A stretch of DNA of 64,000 nt from Haliotis rubra (taxonomy: Eukaryota): NCBI RefSeq assembly GCF_003918875.1, contig NW_025766558.1, forward strand, positions 310,001 to 374,000, written 5' to 3'. The translations under genes were made by a program, and so were the position numbers. Position 1 is the stretch's first letter, and each line of letters begins with the position of its first letter. The notes below the pieces were generated by a model. That model was not told where the DNA came from. It saw nothing but the letters and a program-made list of their open reading frames with translations, and made no database searches. Positions 48,041 to 59,800 of this stretch are shown here, one piece after another.

Positions 48041-50451
48041 ATGGGACTGTTGACAATTTTGAAGAAAATGAAGCAGAAAGAAAAAGAAGTTCGTCTACTT
48101 ATGCTGTATCCTTTTTGCAATGATTTAGTTTATATTTACATCGAAATCTGACTGAACTTGTCTGATGCCGTTTTAAGACGCTTTCGTTGTCACATGTTCA
48201 GTGACACATTGATGATACTGTAAAATTCCAAAAGTTATTTGATTACCACACACATTATAGTGGGTAACCAAAATGACAAACCCCTCTTGATCATGTTGCT
48301 GCAATATTTGAGAGTGCCCTGATGGAATTCGAACTACGGACCTTCCGATCCAATTTCTGATACTGTGACCACCTGAGGTTAACCCAAGCCTGATAAGGTA
48401 CGGATGGCGGCTAGAATGCACTTTACCGGGCGCAGCCCTCGCTGCTCCCTTTACGATCTTTAGGGTTAGGGTATGGCACCCTTTACGATCCTAGGGTTAG
48501 GCACCCTTTACGATCCTTAGGGTTAGGGTTTAGGGTTAAGGGTTAAGTGCAGTACTCCCCGGATGGCATCTGTGGGATTACTCCATGTGCTGCTACCTTC
48601 ACATAAACAGCAGTCTATATTATTTTGATTAAAAGAAATGAAAACCTGAAAACACCCACAGACATAAGGGGATCAAACTATGAGCAAGCTGTGTTAACTG
48701 GGGTCAGTAGTTCAGCATAAGTAGAACTGTTGACATTATGCTAAAATTCCTTCACTGAAATCAGAGGCTTGGACAATGCTGGGAAGACGACCATCCTGAA
48801 GAAATTCAACGGTGAAGACATTGACACAATATCTCCAACGCTTGGCTTCAACATCAAGACATTAGAACATAGAGGGTAGGTGTGTCTGAAATGCTTGTTT
48901 TTATTACCAAAACATTATAGCAGAAAGTTTACAGAATGCAATCCCGTACTATAGATCACAGATTGTACAGTGGATGGTGCAAGGAACTGTAATTTGTGGT
49001 GCATAGTTGGGTTCTAATCCCATTTTCATCTTCATTCATTATATGTTTGCACTATAACAGTGATTATTGGTTTTACAAAGTGGTAATGATGATGACTTGA
49101 CACTTTTGGCTCTTGTATGTCGTCATACCTTGAAATACATTAATCTTTGTATTTTCAGCTGAACCCACTCACTCCCTGTTGTTTGGGGACATTTTGTCCT
49201 AGTCAAGGTTTTTGTTTCCATAACAGTTAGTAACAGAAGTTGGTTGTTGAATGAATTGGAGTAGAATCATGGATGTTTTTTCATTCCAGGTTTAAACTAA
49301 ATGTCTGGGATGTGGGTGGACAGAAATCTTTGAGCTCATACTGGCGGAACTACTTTGAAAGCACTGATGGCCTGATCTGGGTTGTGGACAGTGCTGATAG
49401 GATGAGGCTGCAGGACTGTAAGCAGGAGCTGCAGGCACTGCTTCTGGAGGAGGTCAGTGGTAGATCAGCTTCTGGATAGGCTACTGGAGTAGATGGAGAC
49501 TTGGGATGGGCTACTGGTGTATGTCGATGCTTTGTATGGGAGATTGAAACTTGGGATAGGCGACTGGAGTATGTTGAGGCTTTGGAAGGGCAACTGGAGT
49601 GTGGTATATGAAGAGGCTTGGGATGGTCCAACTTATGACTAGATCTAGGCTGGGTATAACGATCATCACAGACACAATGCTGGTCATCTGATAACTTATG
49701 ATGTCATGTGAGATATATACCTAATATACCTTATATACCTAACAACTTAATGCTAGAAAGTTTCACAATACTGTCTATGGCGGATAATTCTGGAATAAGC
49801 TGCTTGTAGCACTAAATCTAGTACAAGTCTACCCCTTAAACACCTCTGTGCCTTACCATGTTTACTGAATCTACAGGTTCAACGTATAATAGTTCAAACA
49901 GCACAACATTCAACAGGTAGCAATGATTAGTTCTAGATGCTTACTGAAGAGTTAAGAGTTGGTGATTATATAAACAATTTCCACAAGGAGTGTTTTGTGT
50001 TGTCAGCATGGTCAGGTTTTGTTTCAGCATGTATATTTTCTTTGTGTATATGTCATTGTTTTCTGTTTCAGAGACTTGCTGGAGCAACCCTTCTGGTGTT
50101 CGCAAATAAGCAGGACTTGCCTGGTGCACTGACATCAGATGAAATCCGGGTGGTACGTATGGCCTCTCTCATATGTTGTTTGTCATCATCTCTATGCTGT
50201 AAGTGACAATTGAATCATGTTTATTGAATACAAGAACGACCAATGGTAGTTGATGTGTGGTTCTGTGCAGGCCTGTTGTGCCATATTACCATGGTTACTG
50301 GTGTTTTGTGTATCAGGCTCTGGAGCTGGATAACATCAAGACACATCACTGGCTGATTCAAGACTGCAGTGCCGTGACAGGCCAGCACCTTCTGGAAGGA
50401 ATCGACTGGGTCATTGACGATATTGCCTCGCGTATCTTCACCATGGACTGA
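48041..50451 (+). CDS. ARL2: ADP-ribosylation factor-like protein 2, 5 coding exons, 184 aa
   Basis: Exons 48041-48105, 48765-48875, 49290-49452, 50072-50152, 50317-50451 (555 nt). [59 protein letters not shown]...WDVGGQ...ANKQD...SAVTG...[11 protein letters not shown]. Confidence 0.98.
48106..48764 (+). other. U12-type (minor spliceosome) GT-AG intron, ARL2 intron 1
   Basis: Donor GTATCCTTT at 48106-48114; branch-point-like TTCCTTCAC at 48747-48755 just before the CAG acceptor; no polypyrimidine tract. Confidence 0.9.
48409..48559. mobile_element. 151-bp Merlin-like MITE containing TTAGGG repeats
   Basis: 8-bp TSD cggatggc (48401-48408, 48560-48567); GG...CC termini with imperfect 15-bp TIRs (tgcactt/aagtgca core); internal tagggttaggg tracts. 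Confidence 0.7.
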
Positions 50452-50742
50452 CAGAGCTACTGTGATAGATATACCCTACACTATTGAACGATTTCAGTGG
50501 TCAGCAGTCCTGCTATTATGGCAAGATGGGCTGGACCGAGAGACGAGGACCATGATACCAGTCTTATCTTCGAGTACATGCCACTTATTGATTGTAAATG
50601 CTACCATACTGTTGACCACATGTTAATTATGTCTAATCATCATCATCACTGGCAATGTGTCTGGTCCATCGGGTTGTGGACAGTTTCATCTGTTGCTTAT
50701 AAAGGTTTCTACCCTGTTACGATACCAGTCTAACTGAAGCAG

Positions 50743-51172
50743 TAGTGTTGGGAATTGGTTAAAATCTTATAATTGATGATTGGTCATTACAACCGATCAA
50801 TCATCGAAAATAGTTGGTTAGTGTTATTTATCAAATTGTCCTGGTTATGTTTGTTAATGTACACAAAATAAAAGAAAAACATTTAGTTCTTTCGGTTGTT
50901 TTGGCAAATTTCATGTCTTTAAAGGATAACTAATATGTTAGGAACATAAATTTCCTGGAGTCTTCAAGATAAATATTAATCATGACTTGGAACGAGCTTG
51001 TAGTGCTTCTGAAACGAAAAACAAACAAAACCAACCTTTTGATAAATATTGTCAATGCAAACAAGTGTTCCAAAATTGTTTGTGTTCGATTATGACAAAA
51101 TGTGATCGATTGCTTGGTCGTTTAGTCATTACGACCAATCTTCGATTATTTCAATCGATTGGACCACCACTA
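50743..51172. mobile_element. hAT-like MITE downstream of the ARL2 stop
   Basis: TAGTG...CACTA termini; TSD tgaagcag/tgaagaag (7/8). Its right end recurs at about 56600-56705. Confidence 0.75.
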
Positions 51173-52182
51173 TGAAGAAGTACAGAACAGCCACACCACT
51201 CACAGGGTCACCATATTTATTGAGCCAGAAGACATTAAAGTTTCCATAGAGATTTATTTGTTTTCTTTGCTTTGGTTCTGAAAACACCATTCATATAAAT
51301 CACAGGATTTAGTGAGTGAGTTTTGACTACACAGCGACGCTCATAGAGTTTTTCTTCAACCTTCCATGTATATCACACAACACACTACAAAGTAATGATG
51401 AGCAGAGATCAGGACCAGCTGGCAGATCAGATTGTGGGAGCTCATATTACAGTATAGCAGCCATATCACAGCAGCGTCCCAATCAAACATTTGTATTGTA
51501 GTCAGGGAATGATGACTGTACCATGTCACCTGTTGAACCCACGCAGTCATGCAGACCTATTCCAACACAGGTGAGATACACAGTAGTGGTTTTAGTACAA
51601 TGTAGAACATGTATTCAAAGGCTAAAGATTTTGTGCCATGGATTTTCCTCACAAATAAAAAAATGGAGTTTTGAATTCGAAAAAGGAAAAAAGTTTATGA
51701 AAAAGCTTGATCATAATCAACCAACCAAATATCATTGGTACTGTATATCTTTTGGAAGAAATATATTTCTCTATAAAAGGCTAATGACATGTTATCGTCA
51801 GTCAAGCAATCTTTTAAAGTGGAACAACACACCATTTTAGAATGTTTTGAGTTTTCACTATGCTACTCCAAAGTGACGTTGAGCCATAGGAATTCTTGAC
51901 CCTGGTACAATGCAGCTCGACTTCGCGTACTGGAGAACGTTCCTGTAATGGCTGACCACCCTGTCATCTCTTGCCAAGACATACAGATTCGAACCATGCA
52001 GTGCATCCACCAATGCAACTCCTGGCAACCGACGTCTCAGCATCTACAGCATCCCTGTGATGCACCCCACCTGGAGGCCAATCTGACATCAGAACATAAA
52101 TCTGGACATCTCCAGGCACGCAGAAGATGGTCAGCACGTCAGTGGAACTTGCTGGACGTGTCCAGCAGTACTGGACTTAGAG

Positions 52183-53474
52183 CAATGTTCATGTGTAGCC
52201 CCAGCCTGCAAGATCCCTGCTCAGTTGACAATGTTCATGTGTAGCCCCAGCCTGCAAGATCCCTGCTCAGTTGACAATGTTCATGTGTAGCCCCAGCCTG
52301 CAAGATCCCTGCTCAGTTGACAATGTTCATGTGTAGCCCCAGCCTGCAAGATCCCTGCTCAGTTGACAATGTTCATGTGTAGCCCCAGCCTGCAAGATCC
52401 TGCTCAGTTGACAATGTTCATGTGTAGCCCCAGCCTGCAAGATCCTGCTCAGTTGACAATGTTCATGTAGCCCCAGCCTGCAAGATCCCTGCTCAGTTGA
52501 CAATGTTCATGTAGCCCCAGCCTGCAAGATCCCTGCTCAGTTGACAATGTTCATGTGTAGCCCCAGCCTGCAAGATCCCTGCTCAGTTGACAATGTTCAT
52601 GTGTAGCCCCAGCCTGCAAGATCCTGCTCAGTTGACAATGTTCATGTGTAGCCCCAGCCTGCAGAGATCCCTGCTCAGTTGACAATGTTCATGTAGCCCC
52701 AGCCTGCAAGATCCCCAGTTGACAGCCTGCCTGCAAGATCCCTGCTCAGTTGACAATGTTCATGTAGCCCCAGCCTGCAAGATCCCTGCTCAGTTGACAA
52801 TGTTCATGTGTAGCCCCAGCCTGCAAGATCCCTGCTCAGTTGACAACAATGTTCATGACAATGTAGCCCCAGCCTGCAAGATCCCTGCTCAGTTGACAAT
52901 GTTCATGTGTAGCCCCAGCCTGCAAGATCCCTGCTCAGTTGACAATGTTCATGTGTAGCCCCAGCCTGCAAGATCCCTGCTCAGTTGACAATGTTCATGT
53001 GTAGCCCCAGCCTGCAAGATCCCTGCTCAGTTGACAATGTTCATGTGTAGCCCCAGCCTGCAAGATCCTGCTCAGTTGACAATGTTCATGTGTAGCCCCA
53101 TCCTGCCTGCAAGATCCCCCTGCGAGATCCAGTTGACAATGTTCATGTGTAGCCCCAGCCTGCAAGATCCTGCCTGCTCAGTTGACAATGTTGACAATGT
53201 TCATGTGTAGCCCCAGCCTGCAAGATCCCTGCTCAGTTGACAATGTTCATGTGTAGCCCCAGCCTGCAAGATCCCTGCACAGTTGACAATGTTCATGTGT
53301 AGCCCCAGCCTGCAAGATCCCTGCTCAGTTGACAATGTTCATGTGTAGCCCCAGCCTGCAAGATGCCTGCTCAGTTGACAATGTTCATGTGTAGCCCCAG
53401 CCTGCAAGATCCCTGCTCAGTTGACAATGTTCATGTGTAGCCCCAGCCTGCAAGATCCCTGCACAGTTGACAAT
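52183..53474. repeat. Minisatellite, 46-bp unit, about 28 copies
   Basis: Unit caatgttcatgtgtagccccagcctgcaagatccctgctcagttga. Confidence 0.97.
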
Positions 53475-53815
53475 CACTGGATGAAAGGGAACAACATTGA
53501 TTATGGCTTCCCAATCTAGCAACTTGAATGTATCCGTCCTCAGACATGGAATGCGGTTCCCCAGATCTCTCTCCATGAGGCAAGGTGTCAGTCCTACATA
53601 TATATTACACGCAACTCTCTCGCATGATGTCATTCGTTCGCGTCAGCAGGATTGCTTCACATCAACCGTACTTGGCCACCATACTTTCAGACATTGTTCT
53701 TTCCTTGTCACTGTGACGACAGTAAACTTCTTCTACTGATCCTCTTTGGGCATGTTTATGTCACAACGTTTGCCTTACATTATCGTCCCAGATGGCAGTA
53801 CATCACTGCCCAGCA

Positions 53816-56800
53816 TCAAGTTAGTATTTTGATCGCATGCATGGAGTGATCTAGACAACCAACTACTGCCTCTGGAACTCCATCACTGTCAATGTCTGCC
53901 ACAGCCAGGGTGTGGATCCAGTCGGGTGTTGGGAACTCAGCCACCAGCTGAAACAGGAATAACAGGACATTCATACAGGAATACCTACTGACCATACTAG
54001 GATATATTTCCATGGAAATTGAATGAAAACCAAAATACTGCTCATTCAAGATATGAATCCCACGGTTGGTATTCCTTGGTCTTCACATTCCAGAATTCAA
54101 GCCACCAATGTTCTGTATTTTTGAGTCTTGAGTATTTGTTATGCGAGTGTATAAGAATCCATATATCAAAATCACTGACTTCAGTACATTCAGTTGAACG
54201 GTTACTTCATTTTGTTGTACAAACCACAAACTCATATGTAGAGCAAGCAAAGAGTTGTTTTTCATGAGACAAAGGCTAGATACAGCCACACTGGCAATAA
54301 AATAGAGTGAGTGAGTGAGTGAGTGAGTATGGTATTAAGCCGCTTTTAGCAACACCAGAAATGGGTTTCACACATTGTACCCATGTGGGGAATCGGGCCC
54401 AGGTCTTCGGTGTGACAAGCAAACCCTTTAATCACTAGGCTACCCCACCACCTGCACTGTAGGCCAGATACAGCCACACTGGCACTAAAAATGTAAACAA
54501 GAAGACAAAGTCATCAATATCCCCCGCAATGGCAAAATACTCTTCATGATTATGTCTACAAGTTATGATTATGTCAAATATTTAGGTGTGTATATAGAAA
54601 AGTGGAAGGAGAGTATTGAAAGGTTTTTTAAAGTTCTGCTCCGGAAAAGAGCACTACCACCAATTTCAGGCTAAGTCAAACTTGTTGCCACGCAAAAGCC
54701 AAAAATAGTTTATTGGGAATTCCAAAACTACCAAAAGGCACCAGTACACCACCAGATCTATCTATGTGCCACGTTTGGTGAAGAAATATTGAACGGTTTT
54801 AGAGTTCTGCTCCGGAAAAGACAAATGTGCACGGACGGACGGACGGAGTCCATTTTAATACCCCCCGCTAAATGCGTTGCGGGAGATAATTAGTGGCTAG
54901 ATACAGCCACACTGGCACTAAGATAGAGGCTAGATACAGCCACACTGGCACTAAGATAGAGGCTAGATCCAGCCACACTGGCACTATGATAGAGGCTGGA
55001 TACAGCCACACTGGCACTAAGATAGAGGCTGGATACAGCCACACTGGCACTAAGATAGAGGCTAGATACAGCCACACTGGCACTAAGATAGAGGCTATAG
55101 AGGCTAGATACAGCCACACTGGCACTAAGATAGAGGCTAGATACAGCCACACTGGCACTAAGATAGAGGCTAGATACAGCCACACTGACACTAAGATAGA
55201 GGCTAGATACAGCCACACTGACACTAAGATAGAGGCTAGATCCAGCCACACTGGCACTAAGATAGAGGCTGGATACAGCCACACTGGCACTAAGATAGAG
55301 GCTAGATACAGCCACACTGGCACTAACAGAGAGGCTAGATACAGCCACATTGGCACTAAGATACAGGCTAGATACAGCCACATAGCTAGATGAGAAGCTC
55401 ACCTGGCCATCATGGTAGGCATTGAGGTGGTTGAACTGCCCACAGCACAGCAGGATGTCCGTGTCGGAATCTGGACGATTCAGTGTGGTCATGTTGCTCA
55501 CCTTACTCTGTGCATTGGCAAATTCATCCACAGTTATCTGACAACAGATGGCATAACTATCATTATTTGGTTTAGCTATAATTGGCATCCACTAAAATAC
55601 TGTTGTTTGTCAGCCAACAAAGAGCGAAGAAGCTGACCTTGAAATCTAGTCCTCCTTAATGAGCAAACATAACATTAGGTTCTCATGTGAAGCTATTATA
55701 TGATTACAGAAAGAGCACATATCTCATAACAGAGACCCAACGCAATAAGGGTTGACTTACAGTAAAACTGTGGAGGAGATAGATGGCTCCTGTTTGTGTT
55801 CCTAGAGCCACCTGGTGGCAGTGTTTGGAGGTGACTGCTGGAAGGGGAGGAGCATCTTTCCCAGGGGATGAGAGATCCAACTTGTCTGCTGCCACAAAGC
55901 GACCTTTACACATCTGATGAAAAACAGCACAGTCACTGGATTTAAGTTCATGATCTACACATATCACTGTAAGAGGATACTGTGAGTTCCAATATCATTA
56001 ACTGGGAGTACTATGAGTTACAAGTGTTCTTAGCAGGGTGTACTTTGAGATACATACAGAGATGCCAACCCTGAATCAAATGAAAGCGGAGTCATGCCTT
56101 GCTAAAAGCAATTCCTGAGCCCTGAAAGTGCCGAGGTTGAGAGGGGCTGGGGGCGTTTTGGGAACCCGGTGGGGTCCCCTAGTTAGATTTAGCCTGGGCA
56201 ATTTCTGGGCATACTTGAAATCTCACAATTGATCTTACAAATATTCTATAGAGTTTTTAGCTTCATTACCAATGGGAGTGGTTGGCATCTCTGTACAAAG
56301 TGTTGGGAGTGGTTGAAATCTCAAATTGATGGTACCAACAACAATATCGAAAAAAATTGGTTAGCGTTTCAGAGTTTCCTATCCAGGTTGTTATTGCAGA
56401 TATGTATAACATGATGCAACTTGCTACTTTAAAGTGATGACTAAAAATATATCATGAACATAAACTTCCTTGAGTCTTAGAGAAATATTCAGTCATGGCT
56501 TTTAGTGAAATGAGTTTTCTAAGAATTAAACACGTTTTCAGGCCCTGACCACTTCTAAGATATGTTCCAATGTCAAGTTTTTCAACGACTAAAACAGTAG
56601 TTCCAAAATCGTTTATGTTCGATTATGAGAAAATGTGATCGATTGCTTGGTCGTTTGGTCACTGCGATCAATCTTCGATTATTTCAATTAATCGGAACAC
56701 CACTAGTGGGTAGTAGTGTGTAAACGTTCCAGCTCCTAGTATCCTGAACACTGTGCTAACTAGAAAGTGTTCTTACTCGTATAAACAGATCTTTTTGTCA

Positions 56801-59800
56801 ACGTTGAGACCTCAAACAATTCATTTGATTCCTTCATTTCAAAAGCTCTAAGTATGAAAATACATAGTATTGATAAAATGTTATTATGTTTGTAAAGTCT
56901 TCAGTTAATATTTTTATATTCAATTGAACTTAATTGCTTATCAACAAATCAACAACTCCATAGTTATATTTTACAAAACATTCAGAATTCTAAGTGATTC
57001 TATTTCGAAATGCATGAATGAATCTGTTGTTTTTCAGTCACAGAGTTGTCCTCTAGTCAATAAATATTTCAACAAATGCTGAAATCAAAATCCAATTTTA
57101 TCACATTAAGTTATGGATCTAACTTTTCACAGGAATCTAATCAAGAACCAAAACAAAACAAAAATTGAAAGTAAAGTTCAAACCCCCAAAAGGCACATCT
57201 ACATGATATGGAGGGGCAGTATAGCAAATTTGGTGAAGATTGTTCAAGTAGTTTTAGAGTTATGTTGAAAAGAAGAAAATATAAAATTGAAAAACTCAAA
57301 CCCCAAAAGGATACAATAGGAGCATTTGCTAACGCCCGACGGATACTCAACAAAATACAATATGTCTCCCGACCCTTTGTGGGGAGACATAACAACACAT
57401 GCAACATTGATCATTACAAGATCAAAACCTACAGACTCTAAGTTTTAGTGAATATCTTGATGTTCGGCTTGCTTGCTCCAAGTGGCATCAGTTATCAGTT
57501 GTAACTTGATGTCATGACACAGAGCATTGACACGTAGAGGCACGCAAGTGGACGTCTTTGGATTATAAACCAATGGCAACTGACAAATCATGATGTTAAA
57601 TTCCTAAATGAGTAATGATGAAGTTAATCTATCATCAAATCTTATATCCAGGATGTTTGAATGACACCAGTACCACCTTACAGATGTTTAACCTGTCTAA
57701 TTGTCACCAACATGTCTAGTGTACAATTTCTTTTCTTGTGACCCTCACCAAGAGGTCTCCATGGCAACCACCCCTTGGATGTATGTCATGAGTTCTTTTC
57801 AAACTTGAAGCAGGTCTGACAGATTTCCACTCAGGGAACAAAACAAGGAGAAATGCAGAGTGGGCATAGGTTTTTGAAAATTTGCCATTTTTCATTACAT
57901 CACAGACGTGTTGAATGTGTAACTCACCACAGCGTCCAGTGGGTATCTCACCACCATGTCTAGTGTATAACTCACCACAGTGTCGAGTGTATAACTCACC
58001 GCAGCATCAAGTGGGTAACTCACCACCATGTCTAGTGTATAACTCACCATGTCTAGTGTATAACTCACCACCATGTCTAGTGTATAACTCACCACCATGT
58101 CTAGTGTATAACTCACCACAGTGTCCAGTGGGTAACTCACCACCATGTCTAGTGTATAACTCACCACAGTGTCCAGTGTATAACTCACCAAGGTGTCTAG
58201 TGTATAACTCACCAAGGTGTCTAGTGTATAACTCACCACAGCGTCCAGTGGGTAACTCACCACAGTGTCCAGTGGGTAACTCACCACCATGTCTAGTGTA
58301 TAACTCACCACAGTGTCTAGTGTATAACTCACCACAGTGTCCAGTGTATAACTCACCACAGCATCAAGTGGGTAACTCACCACCGTGTCTAGTGTATAAC
58401 TCACCACAGTGTCTAGTGTATAACTCACCATGTCTAGTGTATAACTCACCACCATGTCTAGTGTATAACTCACCACATGTCCAGTGGGTAACTCACCACA
58501 GTGTCCAGTAACTCACCGCAGCATCAAGTGGGTAACTCACCACCGTGTCTAGTGTATAACTCACCAAGGTGTCTAGTGTATATCTCACCACAGTGTCGAG
58601 TGTATAACTCACTGCAGCATCAAGTGGGTAACTCACCGCGGTGACTGGTGCTGGTGCAGTGAGCACCATGACGACCACGCCCTGGTTGAGGATGAAGATG
58701 TGACCAGCATTGTCAGCTACCAGGACATAGTTGCACTCCCGGCCATGCTGGTCGACCAGCTCCGCTGTCAGTAGAGATGTCACTACCAGATGGGAGACTG
58801 AACTCTGTGAAACAACATCACAGCTACATCAACATTGCTGCTACATCAACATCACCGCTACATCACCATCACAGCTACAGCTTGTTCAGCTTGACCTGAT
58901 CAAGTGAATACTAATGCATTGCGTGACCGTGTCACAACTGGTTGGGTCTATTATTGTGAAGAGGTGCACCTTTGTCAGTTGATTGTCAACATGTCCGAAC
59001 AGCCGATACAGGTCTCCATTTGACATCTCAGTGTCGAGAAATCATCAGCAATGTCCTAACTTTCTTTAAAAACGAAGCTACAGATGGTTTAATGTTTCCG
59101 ATTCGGGCTTTTAGGCAGCGAGCAGCAACATTAATAACATTCTCTGCTACCCTATTTAATGAAGTTAACTGGACCTGTCACTTGGAGAATATCACATCCT
59201 GGGGTACAGAGTAATATTCATTTTACACAATACATGTACAGCAATGCCAGATCATGGATTACATGATGCAGAAAGGAGAATATCACATCCTGGGGTACAA
59301 AGTAATATTCATTTTACAGAATTTTTACAAGAAATAGACAGATACTTTGAAATAATTATCAAATCTTACAGGAAGCGATCACACCACTATTTCATTACTT
59401 TACAGGACACTAAAATTAATCATTGGTAGTGGCCTTGATCCCAAGTTTTGTAGCTCAAGGTAAATCGCTGTGACTGTTTTCATATCTGATGCTTACCACA
59501 GGGACACTTTGACTGCTGTTGAGATCAACCCTCCACTGCTCACTAGAGGGCAGCACTGCTGACACCAGCCCTGAGTCATTACACATGACGACTGACGATG
59601 TCCCTGCTGTGTCGTGGTATACCTGGAGGGTGTTGATGCTGCAGGGGGAGACGTTCTGCCGACTAAGGATCTGTTGGTTACATATGACAGTCAGGCTGCC
59701 CAGGGAGTCAGCCCACGATCAGATCATTGTTATAGAACTTGGTCATGTCATGAATAACCATGGTCTGAATGGGGCCACTCTTGGTCTCCAACGTAACCTG

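Noticed and set aside
48460-48545. Chromosome end or fusion scar
   Set aside because: Short, degenerate, enclosed by TIRs and a TSD within an intact intron.
54868-55393. Hydrophobic and repetitive 166-232-aa ORFs
   Set aside because: Produced by the 33-bp minisatellite; only 55537-55403 is a real exon, bounded by splice sites.
59708-59710. In-frame TGA as selenocysteine or readthrough
   Set aside because: Reading through hits TAA about ten codons later and leaves the exon out of phase; a one-base frameshift explains it fully.
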